Below are positions 1 through 13,026 of a stretch of 64,000 bases of DNA, piece by piece. Numbering within the stretch: position 1 is the first letter of the stretch; every line of letters begins with the position of its first letter. The DNA comes from Octopus vulgaris (lineage: Eukaryota). Made by a program: the position numbers and the translations under genes. The stretch covers positions 54,002,001-54,066,000 of the forward strand of contig OX597828.1 of assembly GCA_951406725.2 (NCBI GenBank). The letters run 5' to 3'. The notes below the pieces were generated by a model. It did not search any database and had not been told where the DNA came from. It saw only the letters and a program-made list of their open reading frames with translations.

Positions 1-146
1 AAATATACTAATATACACACGTGTGTGTGTGTGTATTGAACAGTGAGAATGAGATGGAGACGAACACCAGCGTCCTATGTGACAGGCTTGATAACTGTTA
101 TATATCTCTTAGCATGAAACCAATGGTAGCTTGGTTAACCCTCAAA

Positions 147-212
<66 letters not shown>

Positions 213-830
213 TATATGTATGTATGTACGTACGTATGTATGTATGTATTACATATACGTCCATGTATTCCTGTATACGTGAAGGTGTTGTGAGTGTAGG
301 ATTACTTAATGATTCTAGTGGGACAATAACGACGTTTGTTGTCATGAGGTTTGCAACTACCATGCGGACACTCAAAGCGCTAAACTGTATTGGTCATTTG
401 CACTTCTTGTTTTAATAGTCTAGATTTCTCTCTTTAATGATCGCATCTTTAAACTGCTGTTCTTATTATATATGGCTTTTTCCAATAATGATGGAACCTA
501 TTTCTCCTGTGAAAAGGCGAAGAAAACTTTATCTGCGAGGCAGTAATTCTTAAACATCACCATCGAAAAGTGCTTAAAACTATTTCCAAGCAGAAATAAC
601 TTATTTCTGTATTGGTGCGAATAAAAACATTACTAGACAGGTACACCAACATCGGGTATCTGACTACAAATGACCTTTAAAGTTAAATCAGTGGATTTCA
701 TTTGGTTCCATAAAAACTGTCTTAGTTGTTGCACGTTTTAAAGTCCATAATTCTATTTCGAGGATCGTATTTCTTGAATGAAAGCGGTTCCTGTGCCCGT
801 GGTCATAAGAAGCACTGAATTTCAAATTTC

Positions 831-1256
831 GCGCAGGCATGTTTATGTGATTAAGAAGCGCACTTTGCAGCCACGAGGTTTCGGGTTCAGCTCCACTACA
901 CGGCACCTTGGGCAAATATCTTCTACAATAGCCCAGGGCCGACTAATGCTTTGGGAGTGAATATAGTGCATGGATGTGTGTGTGTGTGTGTGTATATATA
1001 TTTTCGAAATCCAATGACACCCTACACGCCTTTTTGGTTGTGAAATTTTACAAATACACTTTCTCAGGGAGATAATACTACATGTATTTTTCATATTTTT
1101 CATAGTGTGATGTATTTGGAATAACAATTGCATGCGGCTGAAGAGAGCTTTAAACCATCTTTTATATCTATTATACACTGATGTAAGAATAGGTCGTTTA
1201 TAAAGCTTGAAACATGTGTACCGCGACATCCTTTGTGTTCTGTTTTTGATTTTATT

Positions 1257-1290
<34 letters not shown>

Positions 1291-1518
1291 CATACACACG
1301 CACACATATACATAAACGCATATGCATAAACACACACAGTTATTAGTGTGTTTTCTTTTGTCCCCACCACCGTTGACAACTAGTGTTGGTTTGTTTACAT
1401 CCCCGTAACTGAGTGATTCGGCAAAAGAACTAATAGAATAAGAAAGCTGGAGTCGATTTGCTCGACTAAACCATTTAAGGTGATGCCCAAGCATTGCCGC
1501 AGTTTACTGACTGAAACG
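831..1518 (+). mobile_element. SINE family A, diverged, halves separated by about 380 bp of other sequence
   Basis: Head half at 831-960 and tail half at about 1346-1518 both align by eye to 20521-20908. Confidence 0.7.
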
Positions 1519-2094
1519 ACAGACAGACAGACAGAGACAGATAGATAGACAGATAGTTAGATAGATAGAGAGGATAATTAAATAATAAAGGGCGCTTTGT
1601 TAGTTTGTCAAATTTAAGAAAAAATTGAGAATTAACTAGTTAGAAAACAAAGGACATATCAAGGTAAGCCTCTGAACAGAAAAAGATGGGATGGTTACGT
1701 CAGGAAAGTCTTAGACAATAGGACTGTTCTATAAGCGTTGACGAGGAATACAAGAACAACTGTTTGTTAATAGAGTTTTAAGGCTTGAGAGTTTATGACA
1801 GCTGGCAGATATAGGAAGTTGTGAGATTCATGAAGGGAACACTGGATGTTAATGAAATCAAGTTATTTAACCTTAGACTAATGTGGAAAATTATTTTGCA
1901 TTGTGTGGTAGGCGAGTGTCGTGAGGTAACATATAAACTTCAAACAATAGCGTGATTTCGATTTCTGATTAGAATCCAGTCCACACTGTTGAGAAGCTTT
2001 GGAGAAGACAGCATGAACACTACCACATCCTATCTCACTTATCCCCCCCCCCCGCCCATTAAAATACAGGAAATTTAGCTACAAACATACATAC

Positions 2095-2198
2095 GTAAAG
2101 TCGACCTCGGCAGAATTTGAACTCAGAACGTAACGGCAGACGAAATACGGCTACGCATTTCGCCCGGCGTGCTAACGTTTCTGCCAGTTCGCCGCCTT
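2095..2198 (-). mobile_element. SINE family B head fragment
   Basis: AAAGTCGACCTCGGCAGAATTTGAACTCAGAACG...GCCAGTTCGCCGCC. Confidence 0.8.
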
Positions 2199-3013
2199 AT
2201 ATACATACAAATATACATACCGCCGTTTGTAACTTAGAGAGGTGATCTCACGAATCTGAGAATTGGTCTCCATTCTTAGCTGAAACCATTTCACACCAAT
2301 TGAAGTATCTGCAAATCAGATACTCAACAAAACATTGACCCTTCCGATATTTGATGTCCCTTAACTATTATTCAGCAGCGTATTGGATATTCCATATCTC
2401 TTTACAAAGGGATCAACAAGTCTGAATCTAGGATTCTAAGTAAAGGTGGGATCTGCGTGTTGAAATGTTGAGATTTTACAAAGCAATTTCGTGATCGGAA
2501 TTGTTCCGACGGTGAACCGAATCCGTGGGCTTGGATTGCCAGAGGAATTCATCTCAATTTATGGGTTTTTTTCCAGCTGTTCTATTCAAATATTGGGGTT
2601 TTTTTCATTAAATAATGTAACTTTGTTTTGTTTTTTCTTTAAGAAATGTAGTAAATGTTTTAGGGAAGGAGGTAAATTCTTTGAGAAACCAGAGTAAAGG
2701 TTGGGAGGAAATAGAATTAAATACAAAAAATACGGGATGTTAGGCGAAATTCGAAACAAGAACCCAGGAATTTCGAAAATAAGCAAAAGTGATGTCTTTA
2801 ACTAAGTCCCGCCTCTTCTGCCATCTTGCCGCCCTTTCAATAAGATAAGTAAAATCGATTTTACGGTATGAAAGTTCTACAATATATTTCAATATATACA
2901 CACACACGTTGTAAACACACACCATATATTTACATACAAGTGTTTATATATATATATATGCTTGCGTGCGTGCTTGTATGTATGTATGTATGTATGTATG
3001 TATGTATGTATGT

Positions 3014-3058
<45 letters not shown>

Positions 3059-3185
3059 TGTGTGTTTATTAACAATGTAACTAGATTTACCCATTTATTA
3101 CCATAAATCAGCAACAGCGCATTAACCTTTCTGGAAAGCAGCTCCCCACTTCTCTTTTCCAAATAAATCTCACAACCCCACCCCC

Positions 3186-3221
<36 letters not shown>

Positions 3222-4868
3222 TCAAAACTTTTCCTGCAATTAGGCAGATTATTCTAGACTACCGAAATAGGTTTTCAGCAGAATATGATATTTAGCAAAT
3301 ATAGAAGCCAAGATACACAAAACATATTATTATTATTATTATTATTATTAGATGAATGCAAATACCCACTTGGAGAAGAGACAAACAACAAACAAAAATT
3401 TAAATAAAAAAAGAACAGCAGCAGCAGCAACAAATAATAATGATGATGATAATATTAACAATAATAATAACAACAACAACAATAATAATGACAACGCTAC
3501 ATCTCTAACAACAGCAGTACCATTCTAATTATGAAACAATAGCAGTTTGTTATAATTATTAGTCAGTCTAGACGATATAATTGATGAGAAAACCCAGCGG
3601 GATGCTAAAACTCGTAAAAATCAAAATTGGTTCGCTCTTTTATCAGAATCGCCGCTGGTGGGGGCTGATTGAAGTGATAGGAACGGATGCGGATATTGGC
3701 GTTAAGTGACCCGCCGCTAAAAGACACGATTCTGCTACTGTTTTGCCCCAAGTCAAACCTAACTCGCCAAACCTATGATCAAAGATGTTGAAACCCATCA
3801 TCACTCAGTCTCGTATCTATATCAGCCACACTATTGTTTTAAGGCGCCAATATTTTTTTTAAGGCAATCGGGTGTAATTTGAAGGACGTTTGGCAAATAT
3901 TTCTAACCCGTCGACCGGATACAGGTTGTCTACATGGAACGCAGAATCCTGGGAGCTAAGCCCAGTGGACTGCGTCGGATGAATCAGTAAATCGTGGGGG
4001 GCAAATTATCAAAGAATAATGAATAACAAGAGCAACGAAAGGGGTGAAGAAGGACAAAGAATACCGGGGTAGGACAGACTAAGGTGAACAATGGTAGTAA
4101 ATTAGAGATTCTGCAGTAGTTGATGTGGATGACGCCAACAACAAGAAGAGGCCAACAAGGTCTATCAGGGGCCCGGTTTCGATTTCCGATATAGGAAACA
4201 AATCTTTTTGTAAGAGCAGAAATGTCTGATGGGGTTAAAAAGTTCGCTTCGAAATTATGAGATGTCGGTTTCAACCCCTGACGGTAGAATCTTGGGTAAG
4301 AACATTGCAAGTAAATCTGGACTGACAGTAACTATGTAGAAGCTCACTGGAGGTATTGTTCTTCTAAGTAAAAGGTTCAGCCGTGTCCTATACCGTGTCG
4401 CGATGTTTTTACTTGAAAATTACGATGAATACACGTGACTGCGGTGTACTTAGCCACTTGATACGCTAAATCAATGAGAAAGGTGACAAGTTGTTGCTCA
4501 GACACCGAAATCGACAGGAGGAGAAGGAGGAGGAGAAACAGACAAATATGCAAGAACCACAAGAACATGCATGCAGATGATAGGGGCTGCTTATTGTGAT
4601 CACTTAGAGATAAAGCCTTTTCAATTGACAACTGACTGAGAGAAATTTCGTAAGTATGGAGTTTGGGGGTCTCGTAATTTTGATTAAAAGAAAAAAAAAT
4701 CATGGGTTGCAAACGTTATCCGTTAGAATAATAAGACGTGGATGTGCGGACGCTTGTGCATTGGAGAGAAAATGACATCAAAGAAATGAAACCAGCATTC
4801 TTAGATAGCTTTGAGACTCCTGCCAACAAAGACGATCGAATATTACCATATATATATATATATATATA

Positions 4869-4962
4869 TACGTTTCGAGCCTACGCTCTTCGACAGAAAG
4901 ATACACAGAAAAAATCAAGGAGAGAAAAAAATGCGTGTAGGAGCTAACGATCTATCATGGCA
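4869..4962 (-). repeat. Penelope-like interspersed repeat with a minimal hammerhead-like motif (second copy about 42470-42625)
   Basis: Shared sequence CGTTTCGAGCCTAC.CTCTTCGA.AGA.AG...GCTA.CGATCTATCATGGC at both loci. Confidence 0.6.
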
Positions 4963-5204
4963 TGTATATATATATATATATATATAAACCATCTATCACA
5001 TTGTCACTGAAGCCGATACACAGATACAGAATGGGAGAGCTGTACGCTTATAGTATTAGGAAATAGTAGAAGAGGGTATACACACGGCATTTAGTGGGAA
5101 AACAAAATATAACGAAGTGTGCAATAACGATAACGTAAAATATCTAACGATAGAGCAATTGTTTTTGAGACGAAATGCGTGAGTACAGATACATACGGGA
5201 GTCA

Positions 5205-5295
5205 ATGACAGACAGACAGACAGATAGATAGATAGGAGGCTAGATTGCTAGACAGACAGACAGGCAGATAGATGAACAGATAGACAGATAGATGA

Positions 5296-5378
<83 letters not shown>

Positions 5379-5450
5379 TAGATAGATAGATAAATAGATA
5401 GATAGACAGATGATAAGCATAGATAGACAGATGATAAGCATAGATATATA
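5205..5450. repeat. (GACA)n/(GATA)n microsatellite
   Basis: Directly visible. Confidence 0.97.
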
Positions 5451-5729
5451 GATGACAATGGAGAGATAAGGAATGTTTTTTGAAGAACTTTGTTGCTTTA
5501 CGGCATGAGATAGAAAGTTCTATTGAGACCAGAAAAACGGGAAGGGACAAGACAATATTTCGGAGATAGTTTATTTGTTAATGGTAGACCAGAGGAGAGG
5601 GTTTCGAACTGGAGCCCCGCCTATGTATGAAAATGAACACAGAAATAAATAACTACAACCATTTGTGATGACGAGACGGGAAGTGAAGGAAGCGCTTTAT
5701 ACAGGTGCGTGTGAGGGGGAGGGGTGCGC

Positions 5730-5768
<39 letters not shown>

Positions 5769-7109
5769 AAGGAGAGTTAAGAATTGTAAGTCGACCAGTG
5801 AAGTCCAACAAGATCTACATACGTATGTGTGCCTGTGTGAGTAGACACTTTTGCTTAAGGTTGTCCATCATATAATAAACACACATTCATGCATATATAT
5901 ATATATATACACGCTCGCGTATACACAAGCCGAGTATCAACCACTAATGGGTTCAAAGAGCAGGGAACAGTAAAAAACAAAAATAAAAAATGGGATGATG
6001 GAGTCAACATCGAGAAGCTGAGTGAATAAAAAAGAAAAACAGCGGAAAGAAAGGGTGGAAGTGAGAGGAATGTAAAAAAAAAAGGGGTAGGAGGAAAAGA
6101 AGGGAGATAATCATAATGGAAGACCGGTGAAAAGAGGAGAATATAAAACTATAAAAACGAAAAAAAAACAACAAAAAAACATTTGCTCGGAAATGTGTAT
6201 GTGGGGGACACGTACATGCATACAGTAACAATCAAATATATATTTGAATACGTATATACACACATACGATATATGAGAGCATGTATTTATTTTACACGCG
6301 TGCATACATCGCTATAGACTGATACAAAAAAACAGAAAAAAACCCTTCACCAACTCGCATTCACCCACCTTCAATATATAAATATAAGCACTCACAGACG
6401 TACGTGCACAAATGAAAGGCCCCGACACACACACACACAAGCCTACAATCCCTAAACCTTTATTTAATAGATGCAGAGAGGCATCTACTTCGGCGAGTGT
6501 AGTGAGAGTTTACTGAATTATAAAGCTAGCGACGGAGCATGGCACCTTGCACAACTGCCTCTCCTCCTCCTCCCCACTGCCGTTCCTTATACAAATAACA
6601 GGCGAACACAAGCAATACAAAAGAGCCATTTGGCCCGAGGCTGGCCAGATGAGGGGATAAGCAATGATGCTAGAAATAATTCGAGATTAGATGTCAATTA
6701 GAAATGTTGTCTAATAAATTTGCTCACAGCAGAATTTCAAGATACTTTTATAATAAAGATTTTTAAACGAAACAATATCATTTTTATTTCTAACTTATGT
6801 AGACGTCCATCTATCTGTCTGTCTTTCTATCTAGCTTTCTCTCTACCTACTTATCTTGATACAATTTTTTTATATACGAATCTACTTAACTATTTCTCAA
6901 CCGATATATATATATATATATATATTTGTACGTTTCTATCTACTTACTCATCTTATTCATTCACCTAACTCGCAACCTGATTCTCTGAGAGAATATGTAT
7001 GAGTAGCTGTCTATCTCTCCATCTACCTATCTAATTCGCAACCTAATTGTCTCGAGACCAATATGTATAAATCTCTCTCTCAACCTAATTGTCTACAAGC
7101 CAATACTAT

Positions 7110-7320
7110 GAATATCTATCTACCTATCTATCTATCTATCTGTCCATCCATCCATCTATTTATCTATCTATCCGTCTATCTATCCATCTATCTATCTATC
7201 CGTCTATCTATCCATCTATCTATCTATCCATCTATCTATCTATCTGTCTATCTATCTATCTATCTATCCGTCTATCTATATCTATATCTATCTACCTATC
7301 CGTCTCTCTCTCTCTCTTCA
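7110..7320. repeat. (TCTA/TCCA)n microsatellite
   Basis: Directly visible. Confidence 0.95.
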
Positions 7321-8029
7321 TTCATCTATCAACCTGTCACTCTACCTGTCTGTCTGTGCGTCCATTTATCTATTTACTGCTGTCCGTAGATACAGTTTAT
7401 TCAGCCAGGAGCGATTGCAGGATTATTCCTTTTATTCATTTTCCTCCGTTCACCCTCCCACCACCACCACACTATTGACATTAGAAATTACGACTGCACA
7501 CTTCCGGTATGTCCATGCTGCTGTTGTTGATGATGATGATGATGATGATGACGACCATATCGACGATAATGGAGATGGTGATTGTACTGACGAAGGAAGG
7601 TACGTACGTCTTTTGTAAAAAAAAAAGCTAGAGCGATTATCTTCACGACAGCGATGACAAAACAAAAACAAAAAAAAAGTTTATAATCTTCAGGGACAAC
7701 AACAACAACAACACTAATAATGATAATAATATGTAATGTTGAGGATAAAAACTGAGAGAATGGTGCCTCCCCATCTCTTCCGATTTACAGTATCAATGTT
7801 TGAGGACAAATCAGCGAGGTTAGGAATAGGATGGGTGTAGAGCCGTATATACACACACCAAAGGGTGGGATGGTAAGAAGGGAGGGGGGAAGATTTTACA
7901 CACACACACACACTCCGATATCGGGAGACCAGGTGGTCGTAATGGTTAGGTGCTCGAGTTAACTGAAAAGTAACTGAAGTGGAGGTGTGTGCATATATGA
8001 GGAGGTGTGTGTGTATGTGTGTGTGAGAT

Positions 8030-8275
8030 ATTCATTTACTTGCTTCAGTCATTTGACTGTGACCATGCTGGAGCATCGCCTTCAAGAGTTATTGTTTTTT
8101 TTTTTCTTTTTTTCTTTTTAGCCGAAGACATCATCAACCCCAAGACTCATTGTTTGTAAGCCTAGTAGTTATTCTATCGATTCACTTTTGCCGAACGGCT
8201 ATGTTACGGAGACATAAACACACAAGCATCGATTATCAAATCATGGCGGGGTGGGGGGCACAAAAACAGAAACCC
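8030..8275 (-). mobile_element. SINE family A, 3' half
   Basis: TTCAGTCATTTGACTG..CCATGCTGGAGCA tail motif. Confidence 0.8.
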
Positions 8276-8658
8276 TCAGATATATATATATATATAATAT
8301 ATTAATAAATAAAACATATGCATATATATATATATATACATATATGTACGTACCTACCTCTACATGTATATATACACGCATATATGGGTACAGGACACCA
8401 AAAAAACGTCGAACACAATGAGAAACGAAAACATAGACACAAACCCAAGGAACAGGACATTTTTCTTAAACAACAAAAAATAGAGTACAGGACAAATAAC
8501 ACAAGGAAAAAACCCCTTCTTCAGTCGTCATGGTTTCATCTACTCTATATATTCGAAACGTGTCAACGCATGAAACTAAAACTTCTGCTAAATATTAATA
8601 AAACTATACATATATTCATATTTGGGGTTCTATTTTTCCTGTTTGCATCAACTGTGTG

Positions 8659-8705
<47 letters not shown>

Positions 8706-8789
8706 GTTATATTTCGGGATGGTCGTTTTCATCTTTTTTTTTTGTTCTTTTTGTCAAATATAACCACGCATTTTATATTCGTTCATCAA

Positions 8790-9065
8790 TTCAGAGCAGC
8801 GGACTCGCGGTCGAGGGATCGCAGGTTCGAATCTCAGACCGGGCGATGTGTGTGTTTATGAGTGAAACACCTATGCTCCACGCGGCTCCGGCAGAAGGTA
8901 ATGGCGAACTTCTGCTGACTCTTTCGCCACAACTTTCTCTCACTCATTCCTCCTGCATCTTGCAGCTCACCTGCGACGGACCGGCGTCCCGTCCAGGTGG
9001 AGAACCTACACGCAAAGGAAATCGGGAAACCGGCCCTAATGAACCAGGCATGGCTCGAGATTCGT
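8790..9065 (+). mobile_element. tRNA-type SINE with V-domain-like segment
   Basis: GGTTCGAATCTC B box; CCTGCGACGGACCGGCGTCCCGTCCAGG; tail related to 28093-28200. Confidence 0.75.
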
Positions 9066-9960
9066 TGAACCTCTCCCGTCTACAGTGAAACAAGTAACGC
9101 CTCGCACTCGCAAGTCCACCCACACCCCTCGCCACAGAATGTTAAGTTTACAAACCAAAACCAAGATGTTCCATTCAACGAGAAGAGAGGAGGGGCGGTT
9201 TGGTTAATTAATACACGTTAGGGTCCAGAATCAGGGACGAGCGCAATCCAAAGACCCAGTTTCCGTAATGTAACGATATTATTATTGCTAAATAATTAAT
9301 TATTTGACAATTCTTTCTACAATTGGAGAGCGGAAGGAGGAAAGCATAAAAGGGGACGGGGGATACAGAGAGAGACAATTTGGAGGAAGGGGCCGACTGT
9401 GTTGGTTTAAAGCAAACAGTGGGGTGGGGATGGGGTAGGGGTGGGGTGGGGATGGGGTGGGGGTGAGGAAATTAATCTGTTGTGTTCTTCAGCTTGTCAT
9501 TACTGAATAATCAACCAGAACCAAAAAAGGTAGCGGGAGGGGCGAGTTAGGTAGACTATGTATCTGTGTATGTGTGTGTTTGTGTTCCACTCTTGGAGCC
9601 GACAATGTTAAGAGATCAGATTCTTTAAACACATCGAGTAGTGGTTGCGGAGGAAGGATCGGAGCTGATCGAATGATGGCACTGGTGCTCGGTAGAGGTC
9701 CACTGTATTAGGACAAGTACATAGGGAAGCGTTAGATGGGCCGGGAAGCGGAAATGGAGGGAGAAGTCACGGTGGGAGTGGTGGCGTGGAAACTTTAACA
9801 AGAGGAGGAGGGGTGAAATAAACAAACAGAAACGACTACACGCAAGCACATGTATGTATACATTCATACAACAACACATATTCATGCATACATATATATG
9901 CATGTGTGTGTGAGCACTTATATGCACTATATACAAGTACACACACACACACACACATAT

Positions 9961-10270
9961 AGGCGCAGGCGTGGCTGTGTGTTAAGAAGTCTGCTTTCTC
10001 ACCATAAGGTTCCGGGTTCAGTCCCATTCCGTGGCACTTTGTAAGTAGATTTGGTAGAAAGAAACTGAAAGAAGCCCGTCGTGTGTATATATATTTCTGT
10101 GTTTGTCTCCCATCATTGCTTGACAACCGGTATTGGTGTGTTTATGTTCTCGTAACTTAGCGGGTCGGGAAAGGAGAACGATAGAATAAGTACCAGGACC
10201 GATTTGTTCAGCTAAAATTCTTCAAAGCGTTGCCCTAGCATGGCGGTAGCGTAATGATTGAGACAAGTCA
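9961..10270 (+). mobile_element. SINE family A, internally deleted
   Basis: AGGCGCAGGCGTGGCTGTGTG head; tail motif present. Confidence 0.85.
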
Positions 10271-11044
10271 TACGTATACCTCGCTTTCAGTCTGTGCAAA
10301 TGGATTGTTTGATGTGGTTTTAGAGTCGTTTGACGCCTATTTCTAGCACGTTAGTACAGTTTCTCAGTACCCTTAATTATAATTATATCCATATAATTAG
10401 ATATCTATATTAATTCTTACCTATATGGTTTTTATTACATGCTGGCCACTAATAGGATCGTTATTTTTATAATGATTTTATCCTAATTATATACACACAC
10501 ATATAGTATAATTCGGGTTAAAACCTCGTAGCGTGCATCTAAGAGCTCTTATGCTGTTGTTGGCTACCACATGTTATCCTATAGTAGGTTATATTCCAGG
10601 GTTGGATACACATGTGGAACTCCTAGGCATTGCGTTAGTATTCCTTTATTTCATTCATTACACATGTTTCAGTATTCAGCAACACAAGACCTCACATTAT
10701 AGATGCAATCAATAGATGCACCTTAAAAGGGCCGAATACCGAAATACATATAACAGACGAAATAAAGGAGCATCAAGTCAATACTCATGTTCTTTTCCCC
10801 TTGGTATTGTCCCGTCATGCCTCTGCCACTGGGGCCCACTGAATGGCTTTCGTCACTTCATGTGCAAGAGGACGCGCCTTAGCTCTGACAACGCAGTCTT
10901 CGTGTTTCGCGTTGAAGAACCAATCTCGCTGCAAGGATGTCGGTCACGATGCCTTTTCTAAAAGCCTCATCTAGCTTCCTGACTAGCACTGCCTCCACTC
11001 TGTTTCTTTCTATTGCTAGTCCTTTGCTAAAACTTATCGATAAT

Positions 11045-11460
11045 TATAATAATGGTTTCAAATTTTGCAATAAAGGAAGCAATTTTGCGGGAGGGAATAA
11101 ACGGATTACATCGACCCCCAGTGTTCAACTGGTATTCATTTTATCAACACCAAAAGGATAAAAGGTAAAGTCGACTTCGGTGGAATTTGAACTCAGAACG
11201 TAACGACGGGAAAAAACACCGCTAAGTATTTCGTCAGGCGCGCTAAAGATCTTAGCTGCTTGCCGCCTTCAAATAATAATCCTTTCTACTATAGGCACAA
11301 GGCTTGGTGGGAGGGTGCAGCTCTCGACTGACACATTTTATCGACCCTGAAACAATGAAAGGTAAACTCGGCCACGGCATGATTCGAAATAAGAGCCGGA
11401 AAAAAAATACCTCTGGGCATTTTGTTCGAAGCGCTAGCGACTCTGCTAAATCATTGCCTC
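11045..11460 (-). mobile_element. Two tandem SINE family B copies
   Basis: Same core motif twice. A further degenerate + strand copy lies at about 11690-11840. Confidence 0.75.
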
Positions 11461-12062
11461 CAACATTGTAATGCAGGCATAAATGGCCGGTAATTTTGCC
11501 TTTCATCTTTGCGGTGTTGATTTAAAATAAAGTACCACGTGATTAGCGGGGTTCGATTAAACCCGACTGATCGCAAACCTCCTCGTCTTCTATCAACGTT
11601 TGCAGCTTTCCGCTTAATCGCTAAAAAAAAATTCCTTGCAATGTTTTTTTCTTTTCTTTCCTTTTCTTTTCTTTTTTTTCTGTTTCGGCCCTTTACGTTG
11701 TGAGTTCAATTCCAGTCAAGGTAAGTAGTTTTATCTTTCACCCGTCTGGAGTCGATAAAATAAAGTACATGTCGTGTACTGAGGTCGAAATATTCGACTG
11801 TCCCCCCAACCTTCAATTTCATACCCATGTGCCTACGTAAAAATAGTTATTAATTTCTGTAGTGGTAGTAGTAGTAGTAGTAGTAGTAGTTGTTGTTTCC
11901 GATTCGTATTACATTATTTGCTGTAAGTTCTTTGCTTGCAAAGTGCGAAAAAGAAAAAAAAACAGAAAAAAATGCAAGCAAAAACATGGAAATATTTGGA
12001 AAATATTACCCCAAAAAATGTCAACCGCGTTATATAAATATAAATATATTAATTATAGCAAT

Positions 12063-12127
<65 letters not shown>

Positions 12128-12975
12128 TGTGTGTTCCATGGACGTGGAGAGGTACAGAGAAAGAGAGGTGTAGCGCGTGTGTGTGTGTGTAGAGCTGAGG
12201 AGAAAGAAAAGGGTGAACAAGGGTGGGAGAGGAAAGGGGTGGGAAGGGATCGTGACATTCTTACATTTCCCAGGGGCAGCCACTTTATATAGCAACGTTA
12301 AGTGAACCGAACAATAGTGATAATGATGGTGGTGGTGGTGGTGATGGTGGGGACGATGATGTGATCCGGATCGGAACAACAACAACAACCACAATACTAA
12401 ATATTATTATGGTTGTTGTTCGTATAATTGTTATTGTTATGAAAATAACAATAAGAATTTATTTGCCACTTGGGCATCAAATAATAATCATTACAAGCAA
12501 CAGCAGAAGCAGTAGTAGTAGTAGTAGTAGTAGTAGTAGGAGCACCACCACCATCACCACCACCACCACCACCACCACCACCACAAAAAGGTGAGGAGGG
12601 AGTAATGATAGGCGGCGGTGTGTGGTGGGCTTTTAGACTGCATTTACTCCCAACAGCCCCATCGTCAGTGGAGGAGTAGAAAGGAAGAGGAGGAAAAAAG
12701 AAAGAGTGGAAAGAAGGGCTTTAATAACAGAAAAACGGAGGAGGAGGAGGGTGAAGATGGAAGGAAAAGCCGTGCCTCCCTTTCCGTTCGTTTTCCCCCC
12801 GCCCCCACTCCCCCCCCCCCAAAAAAAAAACCCCGACCAAGTTATTTCATTTCATTCATTTTATTGTTGTTCATTGACAAACAATAAATAACATTCGCAA
12901 ACAGATTATATACATTACACACACAATATATGTGTGTGTGTATATATATGTGTGTGTGTATACATATATATATAT

Positions 12976-13026
<51 letters not shown>

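Noticed and set aside
8318-9088. Longest ORF in the track (256 aa)
   Set aside because: It is a chance read-through of a (TA)n tract and a SINE.
10715-10750. Faint hammerhead-like spacing ending CCGAAAT
   Set aside because: The core is too degenerate to support a call.
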